Of a stretch of 64,000 nt of DNA, positions 19,936 through 29,748 are shown in pieces. The notes under the pieces are model-generated. The model saw nothing but the letters and a program-made list of their open reading frames with translations, was not told the DNA's origin and did not search any database. The stretch's first letter is position 1. Each line of letters begins with the position of its first letter. Made by a program: the position numbers and the translations under genes. Location: sequence record OQ790161.1; one strand, given 5' to 3'.

Positions 19936-20617
19936 CATCCCCGCACTGCCGCAGGAAGAAGAAGTGGGCCTGATTGCCCTGGACCTCAACGATCAGTTGG
20001 TCAAGGCCGACCATCTGCCTGACCTCACCGCCCCGGAGGCGATGGCGACGTACCGCATGATGATGTCTGGGATCGTCAGCAGGCTCTTCCTGTACTTGTA
20101 CGGGGAGATCGACCGGGAGAAGGCCGAACGGGCCGTAGCGATCATTGACGAGCGTCTGACGGTGTATCGTGAGATCGTGGCTCTGAAGGTGGCCCCGATG
20201 CGGGCCGTCTACGAGTACCTGATCAAGCAGCGCGTGATCGAGCGTGAGGAACTGGGCGATGAGGCCAATGCGCACCTGGACCTCAAGGACCGGTTGCAGG
20301 ATCGGATCATCGAAGAAGAGCTGGTCAACCGTGATGTGGTCGAGGTGATCGAGCCGCCGACCTACTCGGTGCCGAGTGTGGTGAATCTTCCGCACGTCGG
20401 GCCGCCTGCGGAGATCCGCCCGCTGGGTCCGTGCGATCCGAACAATCTCACTTTCTGGGGAGGCAAGACCGTGGCATCTGAAGACAGTGTACTGACGCAG
20501 GTGTCCGATCGACGTCTCCTGGACTGGGCCAAGATCCAACTCAACGGCGACATCAAGCCGGGCGCAGCTTCCCGCTACACCCTATTGTATAAACCCACAT
20601 CTAAGCTCGGTGAGTGA
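19928..20617 (+). CDS. Hypothetical protein (229 aa)
   Basis: ORF coupled to neighbours. Confidence 0.7.
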   Translation: MSDIPALPQEEEVGLIALDLNDQLVKADHLPDLTAPEAMATYRMMMSGIVSRLFLYLYGEIDREKAERAVAIIDERLTVYREIVALKVAPMRAVYEYLIKQRVIEREELGDEANAHLDLKDRLQDRIIEEELVNRDVVEVIEPPTYSVPSVVNLPHVGPPAEIRPLGPCDPNNLTFWGGKTVASEDSVLTQVSDRRLLDWAKIQLNGDIKPGAASRYTLLYKPTSKLGE

Positions 20618-20618
20618 G

Positions 20619-21260
20619 ATGACCGCAGTGTGTTACGACGGGGAAGTGATCGCAGCTGATCGCATGTCCCGGTTGACGGCCAAGGATGGGACCAAGCAAG
20701 TGAAATCGATGACGCAGGAAAAGATCGCCATCGATTTCAGTAGTGTCACCTTTGATGGTGATCCCATTCGTGCAGTGGGGCGAGCCGGTGTTTTGAAGGT
20801 ATCATTGGAACTGCTGCGGATGCTGCGCGAGAGCGCAGACCTGTACCAGCAGATCGATGAGATCCCTGATCGACTCCGCGCGGCCTTGGGCGAGAACCAC
20901 AGGAATGCATCGCTGCTGATCCTGACGCTCAAGCATTCGTATATCCTCAAGGTCGACAGACACGGCACTTGCCGTGTCAGCAAGCACCCTCGTTCGAAAA
21001 AACTCGCCATCGGCTCCGGTTGCAGCATCGCTCTGTTCTTGATGGAGCAAACCGGACTGAACGCGGTTGATGCAGTGGCTGCAATGGAACTGGCGCACGA
21101 TTGCTGCGGAGGTGGTGTCACCTACACCTCCCGCTTGATCGCCGGTTTTGATGAACCCCTGCGCGTTCGAGAACACAGCGATAAAGGCGTGGTCAGTCAG
21201 CGCATGCTTCGCTCTCTCATTTCTGCCAGCGCGACCAAGCTGTCTGGCGCCTCTGCATAA
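20619..21260 (+). CDS. HslV/proteasome-beta-like Ntn-hydrolase peptidase
   Basis: M-T-AVCYDGEVIAADR (N-terminal Thr nucleophile), EKI (Lys33 equivalent), LAIGSG, A.DAV....D..GG. Confidence 0.7.
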   Translation: MTAVCYDGEVIAADRMSRLTAKDGTKQVKSMTQEKIAIDFSSVTFDGDPIRAVGRAGVLKVSLELLRMLRESADLYQQIDEIPDRLRAALGENHRNASLLILTLKHSYILKVDRHGTCRVSKHPRSKKLAIGSGCSIALFLMEQTGLNAVDAVAAMELAHDCCGGGVTYTSRLIAGFDEPLRVREHSDKGVVSQRMLRSLISASATKLSGASA

Positions 21261-21322
21261 CAGCTCCCGGCTTCGGCCGGGATCTATGCCCTTCATCGAA
21301 TTATCTGCGGCCAGGAGCTTAC

Positions 21323-21631
21323 ATGTCCCGCCCCAATCTTGAGATCGTCTCGATCCTCAACAGTAAGACGATCCCGTTCATTGCACCGAATTACTGCGTG
21401 GCTACCTGTACCTTCCAACCAGAGACGTACGCGGCCATTGTGTTCAAGGTCTTTGATGCTGAACGCGATCCGTACACGCTCTGCGATGAAATCGCTGAGC
21501 AGTTCATCCATCTGATGACGCTGGACGATCAGAAGGCACGCGGGATCTTCGACGTTCATCCGGATGCGCCGTTGTTCTTTGAAGATGTGCACATCATCCA
21601 AATCATCGAAGGAATCCCCCGTGTCGGCTAA
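21323..21631 (+). CDS. Hypothetical protein (102 aa)
   Basis: CAGGAG RBS; ORF. Confidence 0.7.
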   Translation: MSRPNLEIVSILNSKTIPFIAPNYCVATCTFQPETYAAIVFKVFDAERDPYTLCDEIAEQFIHLMTLDDQKARGIFDVHPDAPLFFEDVHIIQIIEGIPRVG

Positions 21632-22055
21632 CCAACGTAACTACACTGCCATCTTACTGATTCCCGAGGGCGGTAATCCCAGCGAGCACTACCCAATCGA
21701 ATTCAAGGGCTGTGCTCACGGGCTGGGCGGTGTGGAGATCGATGTCAACAAGAGTCATCCCACCGCCAAGATCCTCCAAGTCATGTGGGAGGACAACTGG
21801 CAGTATCTGCCGACCGTGATCCCACACGATGATCGCTTCCACCCGCATCGCTATCGTCCGGAGCAACTGCGCAAAGCGCTGGAGTCCTGCGGTAATCTAC
21901 TGGATGATTACCTGCGCGGCGAACGTCGGGGTGGGTCGATGGCGTGGGATGATCTGGACTCCACCCACTCGATCCTGCAAATCGACCTCCCGGAATTCGT
22001 CCGGGCCAACGAAGAAAGCTTCAAGATTGAATACCCGGAGAATGAAGATGTCTGA
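21621..22055 (+). CDS. Hypothetical protein (144 aa)
   Basis: GTG start after AAGGA; overlaps neighbours. Confidence 0.6.
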   Translation: MSANQRNYTAILLIPEGGNPSEHYPIEFKGCAHGLGGVEIDVNKSHPTAKILQVMWEDNWQYLPTVIPHDDRFHPHRYRPEQLRKALESCGNLLDDYLRGERRGGSMAWDDLDSTHSILQIDLPEFVRANEESFKIEYPENEDV

Positions 22056-22374
22056 GAACAAGTTGAAGGTTCGTGCCCTGATTCCGCAGGGCCGTGGTAT
22101 TTGGTTGCCGTCGGGTGAGATGGCAGCCGTGGTCGGCGTGCCCACCCAAGTGGACAAGGGTGACCGGCGATTGATCGCACTGATCGTGCTCTTCGATGAT
22201 CCGGGCAATCTCAACCAAGGTGCGGTGGAGGTCTTCAGTAAGGAGCTGATCGAGCTGGTTCGCATCGAGCTGGCCAAAGACGTTGTCGAGACCCGGAAGT
22301 TGTTGTTCGTTTCCGATCACGCCAAGATTCACTTGGACGCCATCGAGTACGACTCGCTGCATCGCGAAGTCTAA
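22048..22374 (+). CDS. Hypothetical protein (108 aa)
   Basis: GGAG RBS, ATG 22048. Confidence 0.6.
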   Translation: MSENKLKVRALIPQGRGIWLPSGEMAAVVGVPTQVDKGDRRLIALIVLFDDPGNLNQGAVEVFSKELIELVRIELAKDVVETRKLLFVSDHAKIHLDAIEYDSLHREV

Positions 22375-22385
22375 GGCGACTAACG

Positions 22386-22619
22386 ATGAAAGAGATACCC
22401 GACCCTTTCAAGAACGGGTTGACGTTCACCGTTGGTAAGTACGTGGTGGTGGCTCGAGAAGGCAAGTGGTTGAACAAACTGCTTGACACCTACAAGGTCG
22501 ATCATGCTGACGCTACGTTGGAGGACGCCTTGAAGTTCTTGGTCGAGGAAGGACAGATCAAGTTGCTGGATGAACATCCGGGATTTGCCTTCGGTCTGAG
22601 TAACCCCTTCACCGGCTAA
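22386..22619 (+). CDS. Hypothetical protein (77 aa)
   Basis: Last ORF before the terminator. Confidence 0.6.
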   Translation: MKEIPDPFKNGLTFTVGKYVVVAREGKWLNKLLDTYKVDHADATLEDALKFLVEEGQIKLLDEHPGFAFGLSNPFTG

Positions 22620-22642
22620 GTCCACACCTGTCTAATAGCGAA

Positions 22643-22675
22643 CCCTCCACCCTTCGGGGTGGAGGGCATATGCCG
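22643..22675 (+). terminator. GC stem, UUCG loop, followed by CATATGCCG
   Basis: CCCTCCACCC-TTCG-GGGTGGAGGG. Confidence 0.75.
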
Positions 22676-22846
22676 TCGGTTTGTTTTTTTGTATTCGACA
22701 GCATAAAACCCCACCGCCTTTCTTAAGGGCGGTGGGGCACAGCGGTCCAAGGGGTAGCGAATCCCTTGATCGGGCTGGTCGAAGAGGGAGAGAGGTACCC
22801 CACGACCGGTCAGATGCTTTTGAGACTAGTGTCTCACATACCATAC

Positions 22847-22887
22847 GGCATAAAAGCGGGAGGTTTCCCTCCCGCTTTTACTATGCC
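22847..22887. terminator. Bidirectional terminator after tail tube
   Basis: GGCATAAAAGCGGGAGG-TTTC-CCTCCCGCTTTTACTATGCC. Confidence 0.75.
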
Positions 22888-22901
22888 TTGAAAGGTACCA
22901 C

Positions 22902-23775
22902 TTACGGCATGGTGTTGCCGCTGGTGGCGACCTTGCGCAGCTGCTCGGCGTAACCGTTGTCCGTGTCACGCACGTACGGGTCGATTGCCGACACGAAGGC
23001 GTTCTGGAAGTTCGGGTTCATGCCGTTCAGCGACATCGCGTTCAGGCGAGCCTGTGCGAACTCGTCCACGCGACGGCCGACCTGGGTCAGTGCGGTGAAC
23101 TCGACCGAATAGTCGACGCTCTCGCCACCCTGGGTCAGGTCACGACGGCCGGTGTTCTCGGCGACCTGGTTGTTCGGACGCATGTTGGTGCAGAGCCAGG
23201 CCTTGGTGACCTTGGTGAAGGTCGGGTCGGGCTCGAAGAACAGCATGGTCGCGCCGGTGTAATCCGGCAGCAGGTCGGACGGACGCTTGCCCGTGGCGAT
23301 GATGCCCGGTGCCTTGGTGATGGGATCCATCATCAGCATCAGGACCCAGCCTTCCAGGAAGTTGCGCACCGGCTGACCGTACTTCTCGGTCCACACGAAG
23401 GTGGGGGGTCGAGCGAGCACGGGTCACGTTGCTCAGGTCTTGCTGCATTTCGCCAGCACCGCCCACGGCGTTTTCGACGTGTTCGACGGTGAGGGTCGAC
23501 TGCAGACCTTCGATGGACTTCGGGTGAAGTTCGACGAGCGACTTGAGCGTCTGCTCCCAGATCTCCGGGTTGTCCAGGTCGCGGAAGCCGCGCGGGGCGG
23601 CAACCAGCTGGCAGATGATGTTGCGGCGGACGTAGGCAGCATTGGCGACGTAACCGGTGAAGTCGGTCATCGCACCCATCTGCCCACCGACCTGCAGATT
23701 CACCATCGGGGCCTGGGAGCCCTGTCCAAAGGCACGGTTGCCCAGGATGGTGTTTTGCATGCGAGTGTTGCTCAT
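22902..23775 (-). CDS. Tail tube protein (phiKZ gp30-like, ~290 aa); one apparent extra base at 23403-23408
   Basis: Two track ORFs join as ..VTRARSTP|TFVWTEKYGQPV if the G6 run is G5; follows the sheath gene. Confidence 0.85.
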
Positions 23776-23820
23776 TGTAGATTCCTCGAGTAACGTGTTG
23801 AGTCTGGCGAGAAGCTGGCG

Positions 23821-25935
23821 TTAGGACGCCAGCTCCAAGTCGCTCGACCGATGGGCCACGACGGTGTAGGTACCCACAGTACGCATGTTCTCGCCGTACA
23901 TGTGGATGTCCGTACGCCAGCTGTAACCACGCTGCTCGTCGGCCGCCGTGAAGTAGGTGTCCGGACGGATGGTGACGCGTCCGTCGTAACGACCTTCCGT
24001 GCGGTCCAGAATCAGCTGGTTGGAGCGCTGGATGAACTGGGCCTGCGTCAGCTTACCGCTGATGCCGGTCAGGTCACGGTACGCCCGCTGTGCCACCTTC
24101 TCCAGGTCCACGGCGATGGCCATGTTGAAGAAGCTGTTCAGCACCGAGGTGTCGTCGTCGTACACGGTCTGCAGACCGGGCCAGAAGATCGAACGCATGT
24201 CGTAGGACTGCGCCCAGATCAGGCCATTGCGCCAGTCCTGCTGACGGACGTTGGCGTTCTTGAACACGACGTTCAGGTTCTTGAACTTCTGGATCTGGTT
24301 GTTCGGGGGCATGTCGAATGCCGCCGCAGCGTTCCAGATGCCAGTGCCGGCGCCCATGTACGCCGCAGCCTTGGCTGCGAATTCCACGGTGAGCGGCAGG
24401 TGCTTCTGGCCGTTCGGGCCCTTGTACTTCGAACCGATCAGTTCACCGGCATGGCCGACGATCAGCGCACGGCACACCGGGGTGCCATGGATGGTCGATT
24501 CCGGGTACAGGCGAGCTGCGTTCTTCAGGGTGATCGCGATCGAGGACTCGGCCGAGGGCGAGTTCATCGGTGCCGAAGCGTCCTGGGTACCCAGGATGAC
24601 CGCGATGTCCTTGCGCAGGCCCAGCGGGGTCAGCATGGCCAGCTTGGTGTCCAGCGGGTAGCCCGAGTCGTAGTAGAACGCCATCGGGTAACGCGCATCG
24701 TCCAGCAGGTCCGCTTCCAGTTGACCGTAGTTGCGCATCTCGTTCTCGACGAGTTCCGCATGGCTGGCGAAGGTCATGGTGCCGTCGGAACCACCAGCAG
24801 CCCACACAGCGGTCGAGTCGGTGAAACGCAGACCGCCGGTGGCGGCGCCTTCCAGCTCGTAGCTGTAGTACGGGGTGCCTTCCGGGCTGGTACCATTGAC
24901 CAGGTTGACCAGGTGCAGGAATTCGAGTCTTCATCGATCTCCAGTTCCGGCAGCAGGCCCAGCGGGGCTTCGGTCGAAGCGACCAGCGCCAGCAGAGCTT
25001 CCAGGTTGCTGTGGTAGACCTTGATCTTGCCGAAGTCGCCGTAGATCGGGGACATACCCGAGGCCGGGTCAGCCGACTGGTAGGCATCCATGAAGATGTC
25101 TTCCAGCGAGATTTCCTGGTCGTTGACGGCATTGATCGCGCCGGCCTTGAACGCGAAGTCCAGGCTCTGCTCGCCGCTCAGGGTTTCGGTGACGTTCACC
25201 GTCGACTCGGCGTCCAGGCGGTTGACCAGGGTCAGGCGATACACGTAGGCCTTGACGGCCGAGACGAGGTCACCATTCAGCGGGTTGCCGGACTGGAGGG
25301 AGGGGGGCGGTCAGGCGCACGCCGATGTTGTTGCCGTAGGAACCGAAGAAGTTCGCTTCCAGCTCCAGCACCGGGTACACGGTCGACTGCACGTCGGCCG
25401 AGGAGGTGATCGAACCGGCCTTGGTCGAGACAGCGCCGAACTCTTCGACGGTCTGGCCAGCGGTCCAGTCATTGACGACCCACTTGGCACGGTAGCCGGC
25501 GATCTTGCCAGCCGAACCGGTCAGCGGGATCTTGGCGCCCTGGGCGTCGAGCTTGAAGCTCTTGTCGGCGTTGCGCTCGTACTGCTGGATCTGGTCCGCG
25601 ACGATGTCGAGGCTCAGCAGCACACGGGCGTTCGGGCCGGCATCGGCCGGCTTCAGACGCTGCACGAAGCAGAAGTTGCCGGCGCCGAGAACTTCGGCGA
25701 GCAACGCGCTCTGGTGGTTGAAGTACGGGTAACGCGGATCCAGGCTCTTGGCGCCGTAGATGGTGTTGAACGACTCGCCCGTCAGTTGCGGCAAGGTCGG
25801 ACCCCATTCGGCGAAGATGTGGGAGTGCGGCAGGTGGGTGGGAATCTGTTCGGCTTCGCGGACGGGAGCGCGGCGACTCACGTCCTTCTTGCCGGTCGAG
25901 ATGAACATGGGAGCGGCGCTGATGACGTTGCTCAT
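23821..25935 (-). CDS. Tail sheath protein (phiKZ gp29-like, ~704 aa); two apparent indels near 25302-25307 and 24924
   Basis: Three track ORFs join into one reading frame; FYYDSGYP, LIWAQSYD and WRTDIHMYG segments; synteny. Confidence 0.85.
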
Positions 25936-26146
25936 ATTGAAAAAGCTCCTGAAAACTGGGACCAGTTCGAACCTGAATCAACACAATTCCCGGAACGCGA
26001 CTCCGGAAATAAAGCAGGTTGACACAGGCAGTGCTGACTAATGCTATAGCAGTGGAGTGATGTCGCGCATCATAGTAATACACGCACAACATCTACTCAG
26101 AACCCGCTATAGGTTTTTCGATTAAATTTCACAGCAGGAGTGCGAC

Positions 26147-27053
26147 ATGTTCCTCACCCCGTACCAAACAACTGCGTGCTCTGCGACCGCTGGATTGCCT
26201 GCGATCGCCAGCGCGCTTCAGCGTGCCGCTGTGCATGAGGATCTGCCCCCGGCGGTGACGCTGAAAGAGAACGTCCTTGAAGGGGTGTTCTTGGTACCCC
26301 CATACCTTAAGGAAATCAAACCCTTTAGTTTGCCCATCGACTTTGACGGACCCAACGGTCTGGCCGTAGCGGTGGACGTGCGAGGGATCACCAAGCAGGT
26401 CGGCGAGCGTCAGCTCAAGATCGTGGCCGGCGGGGGAGTACGAAGGCGCTGTCCTGCGCGCCGCGCTCACCAAGGCGTGGATCCAGGGCGGCTCCAAAGA
26501 GATGCGTCGCTGGAATGACATCAGTGCTCGCGTCTTCATCCGACTGCTGAGCGAAGCGCTGGTGCGCCGCCTGAGTCTGGGCCCGGCAGAACAACAAGCC
26601 ATCGCCGCCGTGTGCGGCCTGTTCTATTTCTCCAACTTCGTCCAAGGCGAAGTCGATGCCGAGGAGAAGGAACGAATCGCTGTGGCTGTCTCGCGCATCA
26701 CGCGCATCAGTCCCCAGTCGGTCATGCGCTTTTACGAAGGCGATGTCCCGCAGGCTGATTCGCTCGATGGCTTCTGCAATGCCCTGCGTCATGTCGTGCA
26801 GAACCCGCGACTGGAGCGAGTGGATGCAGCCTTCATCATCACCTTGATGGGTGGTGTGTGGTTCGGCGGTCAAGCTCGTATGGTAGTGGCTGTGGCTCTG
26901 GAATATCCGCCGGTCTGGTTGGCCCTGATCTATCAGGCCCTGACCGATCGCAGCTTCCATGGTGCCAGCCTGACCAAGATGGTCGAGACCGAAAACCGTG
27001 GCAACGCTGGCGCGCAGTTCATTCGCGACGTTGGCTCCTACCTGGACCTCTAA
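26147..27053 (+). CDS. Virion structural protein (phiKZ gp28-like, ~301 aa); apparent extra G at 26432-26436
   Basis: CAGGAG RBS; the halves join as ..IVAGG|EYEGAVLRAAL.. Confidence 0.7.
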
Positions 27054-27057
27054 GGCA

Positions 27058-29643
27058 ATGAGTGATTACCTGATCAATCATGCGGTCACCAATGTCTGGT
27101 GCACGCCCAATCAGGATCTGCAGGTCACTTATCGTCCCCAGCGCATCTCCAACCCGCGCGGTGTTCGTGAACGGATGTCCCACATGTGGGGCTCCGTTTT
27201 CATGCCAACGGCAACGGATGTGTATCACGTCTATCAGATCGGTCAGTACCAGCCCTTCCTCATCGGACTCAGTCCGGTGCGTGGTAAGTGGCGTTCGCTG
27301 GCAGATCTGATGAACGAGGAATCGCTCTTCTCGGACCTGTACACCGTCGATGGTATTCACCTGAGCCGGTTCCACACCTTCGTGATGGTGACCCCCGAAC
27401 AGAACGTGCTGGTGGCGGTGCGTGATCAAGCCAAGATCGTCAACCTCAAGACGGCTGTGCTTTACCTGCGCCTGTATTCCAACTCCTTCTTCAACTCGCC
27501 CCGTTCGGACGACTACGCCCATGGCATCGTCTGTCGCGGTGCCCGTGTGATGACCTCGGCCCAAGCGCTGAACGTCCAACGCGATTACTTGGAGATGAAG
27601 GCCCGTCCCCGTGGTTACACCTGGCTCTACGTCAACGGTGTGTATCGCGACGACTACCGGCCTGCCGATTTCCAAGCCGGCGATTACGTCGAGTTCGTCC
27701 ATGACAGCTCGGTCAAAGCAGTCAAGGAATTCAACATCCGCGACCTGCCGACTTTTGATAGCATCAAGGACAGCAAGCGTAAGTATCTGCTCCATTATGC
27801 CGGCAACCAAGTCGGCGGTGTGGGCATCGATTACCGCGACGACATCGACCTGTACCTGATCAAGCCTGCGGCCAACAACCGCTACACCGGTGTGTACTAC
27901 CACAAGAACAACGACGACGCTTTCCGACAGGTCACTCACCGTGACTACTCGATGGTGGTTGATTACGTGGTGGCCCATCAGCAAGCCATGCTCCCGCGGG
28001 GCTGGACGAACATCAACGACCTCAAGGTGCAGATGTTCATCCGTCACGGTGGCTACTCCCGACCGCTGGTGTTTGAACACCATCGTATCCAGGAACTGTA
28101 CAAGCTGCCCGACGCGAATATCCGTCAGGCGCTGTTGGGTCTGGACTCGGTCGTGGATGTCTGGCGCGCTGATCAACTGGAGAACTCGGAGTACATCGAG
28201 ATCATGGACGCACGCAAGCGTCAGATCACGATCGAGCGAGTCAAGGAAGCCTACGGTTACAACGCCATTGCCAAGCTCATCGGCGACACCCCGAGCAAGG
28301 TGCAGAACATGTCCGGTCGTCGGGCCGTCTCCTTGCCGTATGGCACGCAGGTGGATTCCACGGCCTATGAGATCGACAGTGCTGGTAAGCTGATCGCCTC
28401 GTACATCCATACCTCCGGTGTGGAGTACACCCCCTTCAATGCCAACTGCGCAATGGTCGAGATGATCATCGGTCGTGGCGGGCAGAAGTTGGACATGGTC
28501 TTCAACACCCAGGACGTGCCGGTCAATCCGAAGTACTCCTACCGCTTCTACATCGCTCCGATCGCCCATGGCGAACTGCGCAATGATCAGTGGGCCGATG
28601 TCACCGGTGACAACACCAAGTACGAGATCATCAACGGCAAGGTGCATTGGTTGGTGGACCTGCAATACAACGCAGTGTGCGTCAAGTCCGATGCGTTCTT
28701 CTTGAACTACGAGCTGAACCTGCCGGCCGACAACGGTCTGCTGCGGTTCACGGTCACAGCGACCAACACGTGGCAAGGTGGGCAGGCCCTGTCCAATCCG
28801 TTGTATATCCCGCCCGGTCGTGTGGATGTGTGGATCAACGATGAGGTGCTGGTCGAAGGACTGGACTACCTTGTGAAGTGGCCGCAGATCGTGGTGACCA
28901 ACAAGCAGTTCCTGCGTGATGGCCAGACCCAGAAGATCCGTGTGCGTGGCACCGGCTTCTGCAACGCAGACCTGTCCCGTGTTCCGCCCAAGGAAGTCGG
29001 GTTCGTGCGCTGGGGTAAGCTCTCGCGCAACACCCGTTACGACCTGCGCGATGATCGCGTGGTGCGTCTGGTGGTCAATGGTCGCACGTTCCATCGTGAC
29101 GATGTGTACTTCACCGAAGGTGATCCGTCCTTGTGGATGAACAACGTACCCAACGGTGCGCCGTACATCCTGGAGGACTTGGTCGTGCCGTTGCGTCAGG
29201 TGATCAGTGATGACACCTACGACTTCCGCGCCAAGTCGCTGGAGGTGGATCAGAAGGTCTCTGACTACCTGACCATGAAGATGCCCGAGCCGATTCCGGC
29301 CAACCCGGATCCGATCTTGGAGCGCTACGCGGTCTACAGTCCCTTTGCAGCTTCGGTCATGTACGACCTGCTCACCGAGCGGTTGTCCACCGAGAAGTTC
29401 CGGGGCCAGTACAGCGATCAGGAAGTGCGCACGTTCTTGAGCAGTTACGAATGGTTGCTCGACTTCGAGCCGACGCGGACTCAGCTGGATCTGTCCCATG
29501 TGGCCGTGCACCCGCACGATCGCACCACGGTGATCGAACTGGACGCCTACCAGTACATGCTGCTCAACCGCGCCATCAAGATCTTCCTGGAAGACAAGGT
29601 GGACATCACGCGCTTCGTGCGTATCAAAGCTTCCTTCATCTGA
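27058..29643 (+). CDS. Virion structural (baseplate/tail) protein (phiKZ gp27-like, 861 aa)
   Basis: MSDYLINHAVTNVWCTPNQD start; synteny between sheath and terminase. Confidence 0.7.
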   Translation: MSDYLINHAVTNVWCTPNQDLQVTYRPQRISNPRGVRERMSHMWGSVFMPTATDVYHVYQIGQYQPFLIGLSPVRGKWRSLADLMNEESLFSDLYTVDGIHLSRFHTFVMVTPEQNVLVAVRDQAKIVNLKTAVLYLRLYSNSFFNSPRSDDYAHGIVCRGARVMTSAQALNVQRDYLEMKARPRGYTWLYVNGVYRDDYRPADFQAGDYVEFVHDSSVKAVKEFNIRDLPTFDSIKDSKRKYLLHYAGNQVGGVGIDYRDDIDLYLIKPAANNRYTGVYYHKNNDDAFRQVTHRDYSMVVDYVVAHQQAMLPRGWTNINDLKVQMFIRHGGYSRPLVFEHHRIQELYKLPDANIRQALLGLDSVVDVWRADQLENSEYIEIMDARKRQITIERVKEAYGYNAIAKLIGDTPSKVQNMSGRRAVSLPYGTQVDSTAYEIDSAGKLIASYIHTSGVEYTPFNANCAMVEMIIGRGGQKLDMVFNTQDVPVNPKYSYRFYIAPIAHGELRNDQWADVTGDNTKYEIINGKVHWLVDLQYNAVCVKSDAFFLNYELNLPADNGLLRFTVTATNTWQGGQALSNPLYIPPGRVDVWINDEVLVEGLDYLVKWPQIVVTNKQFLRDGQTQKIRVRGTGFCNADLSRVPPKEVGFVRWGKLSRNTRYDLRDDRVVRLVVNGRTFHRDDVYFTEGDPSLWMNNVPNGAPYILEDLVVPLRQVISDDTYDFRAKSLEVDQKVSDYLTMKMPEPIPANPDPILERYAVYSPFAASVMYDLLTERLSTEKFRGQYSDQEVRTFLSSYEWLLDFEPTRTQLDLSHVAVHPHDRTTVIELDAYQYMLLNRAIKIFLEDKVDITRFVRIKASFI

Positions 29644-29748
29644 CCTTTGACTTTGCAACAGGCGGCGCTGACCCTTGCGGGTTAAGGCTACTACTTACTA
29701 GTGGTTGGCGCCGCCGCTTTGCAAGTCCGCCCTTAGGACACTGCAACC

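Noticed and set aside
22902-27053. Pseudogene status for tube, sheath and gp28-like genes
   Set aside because: Essential genes with intact codon bias and only homopolymer-type indels; error is more parsimonious
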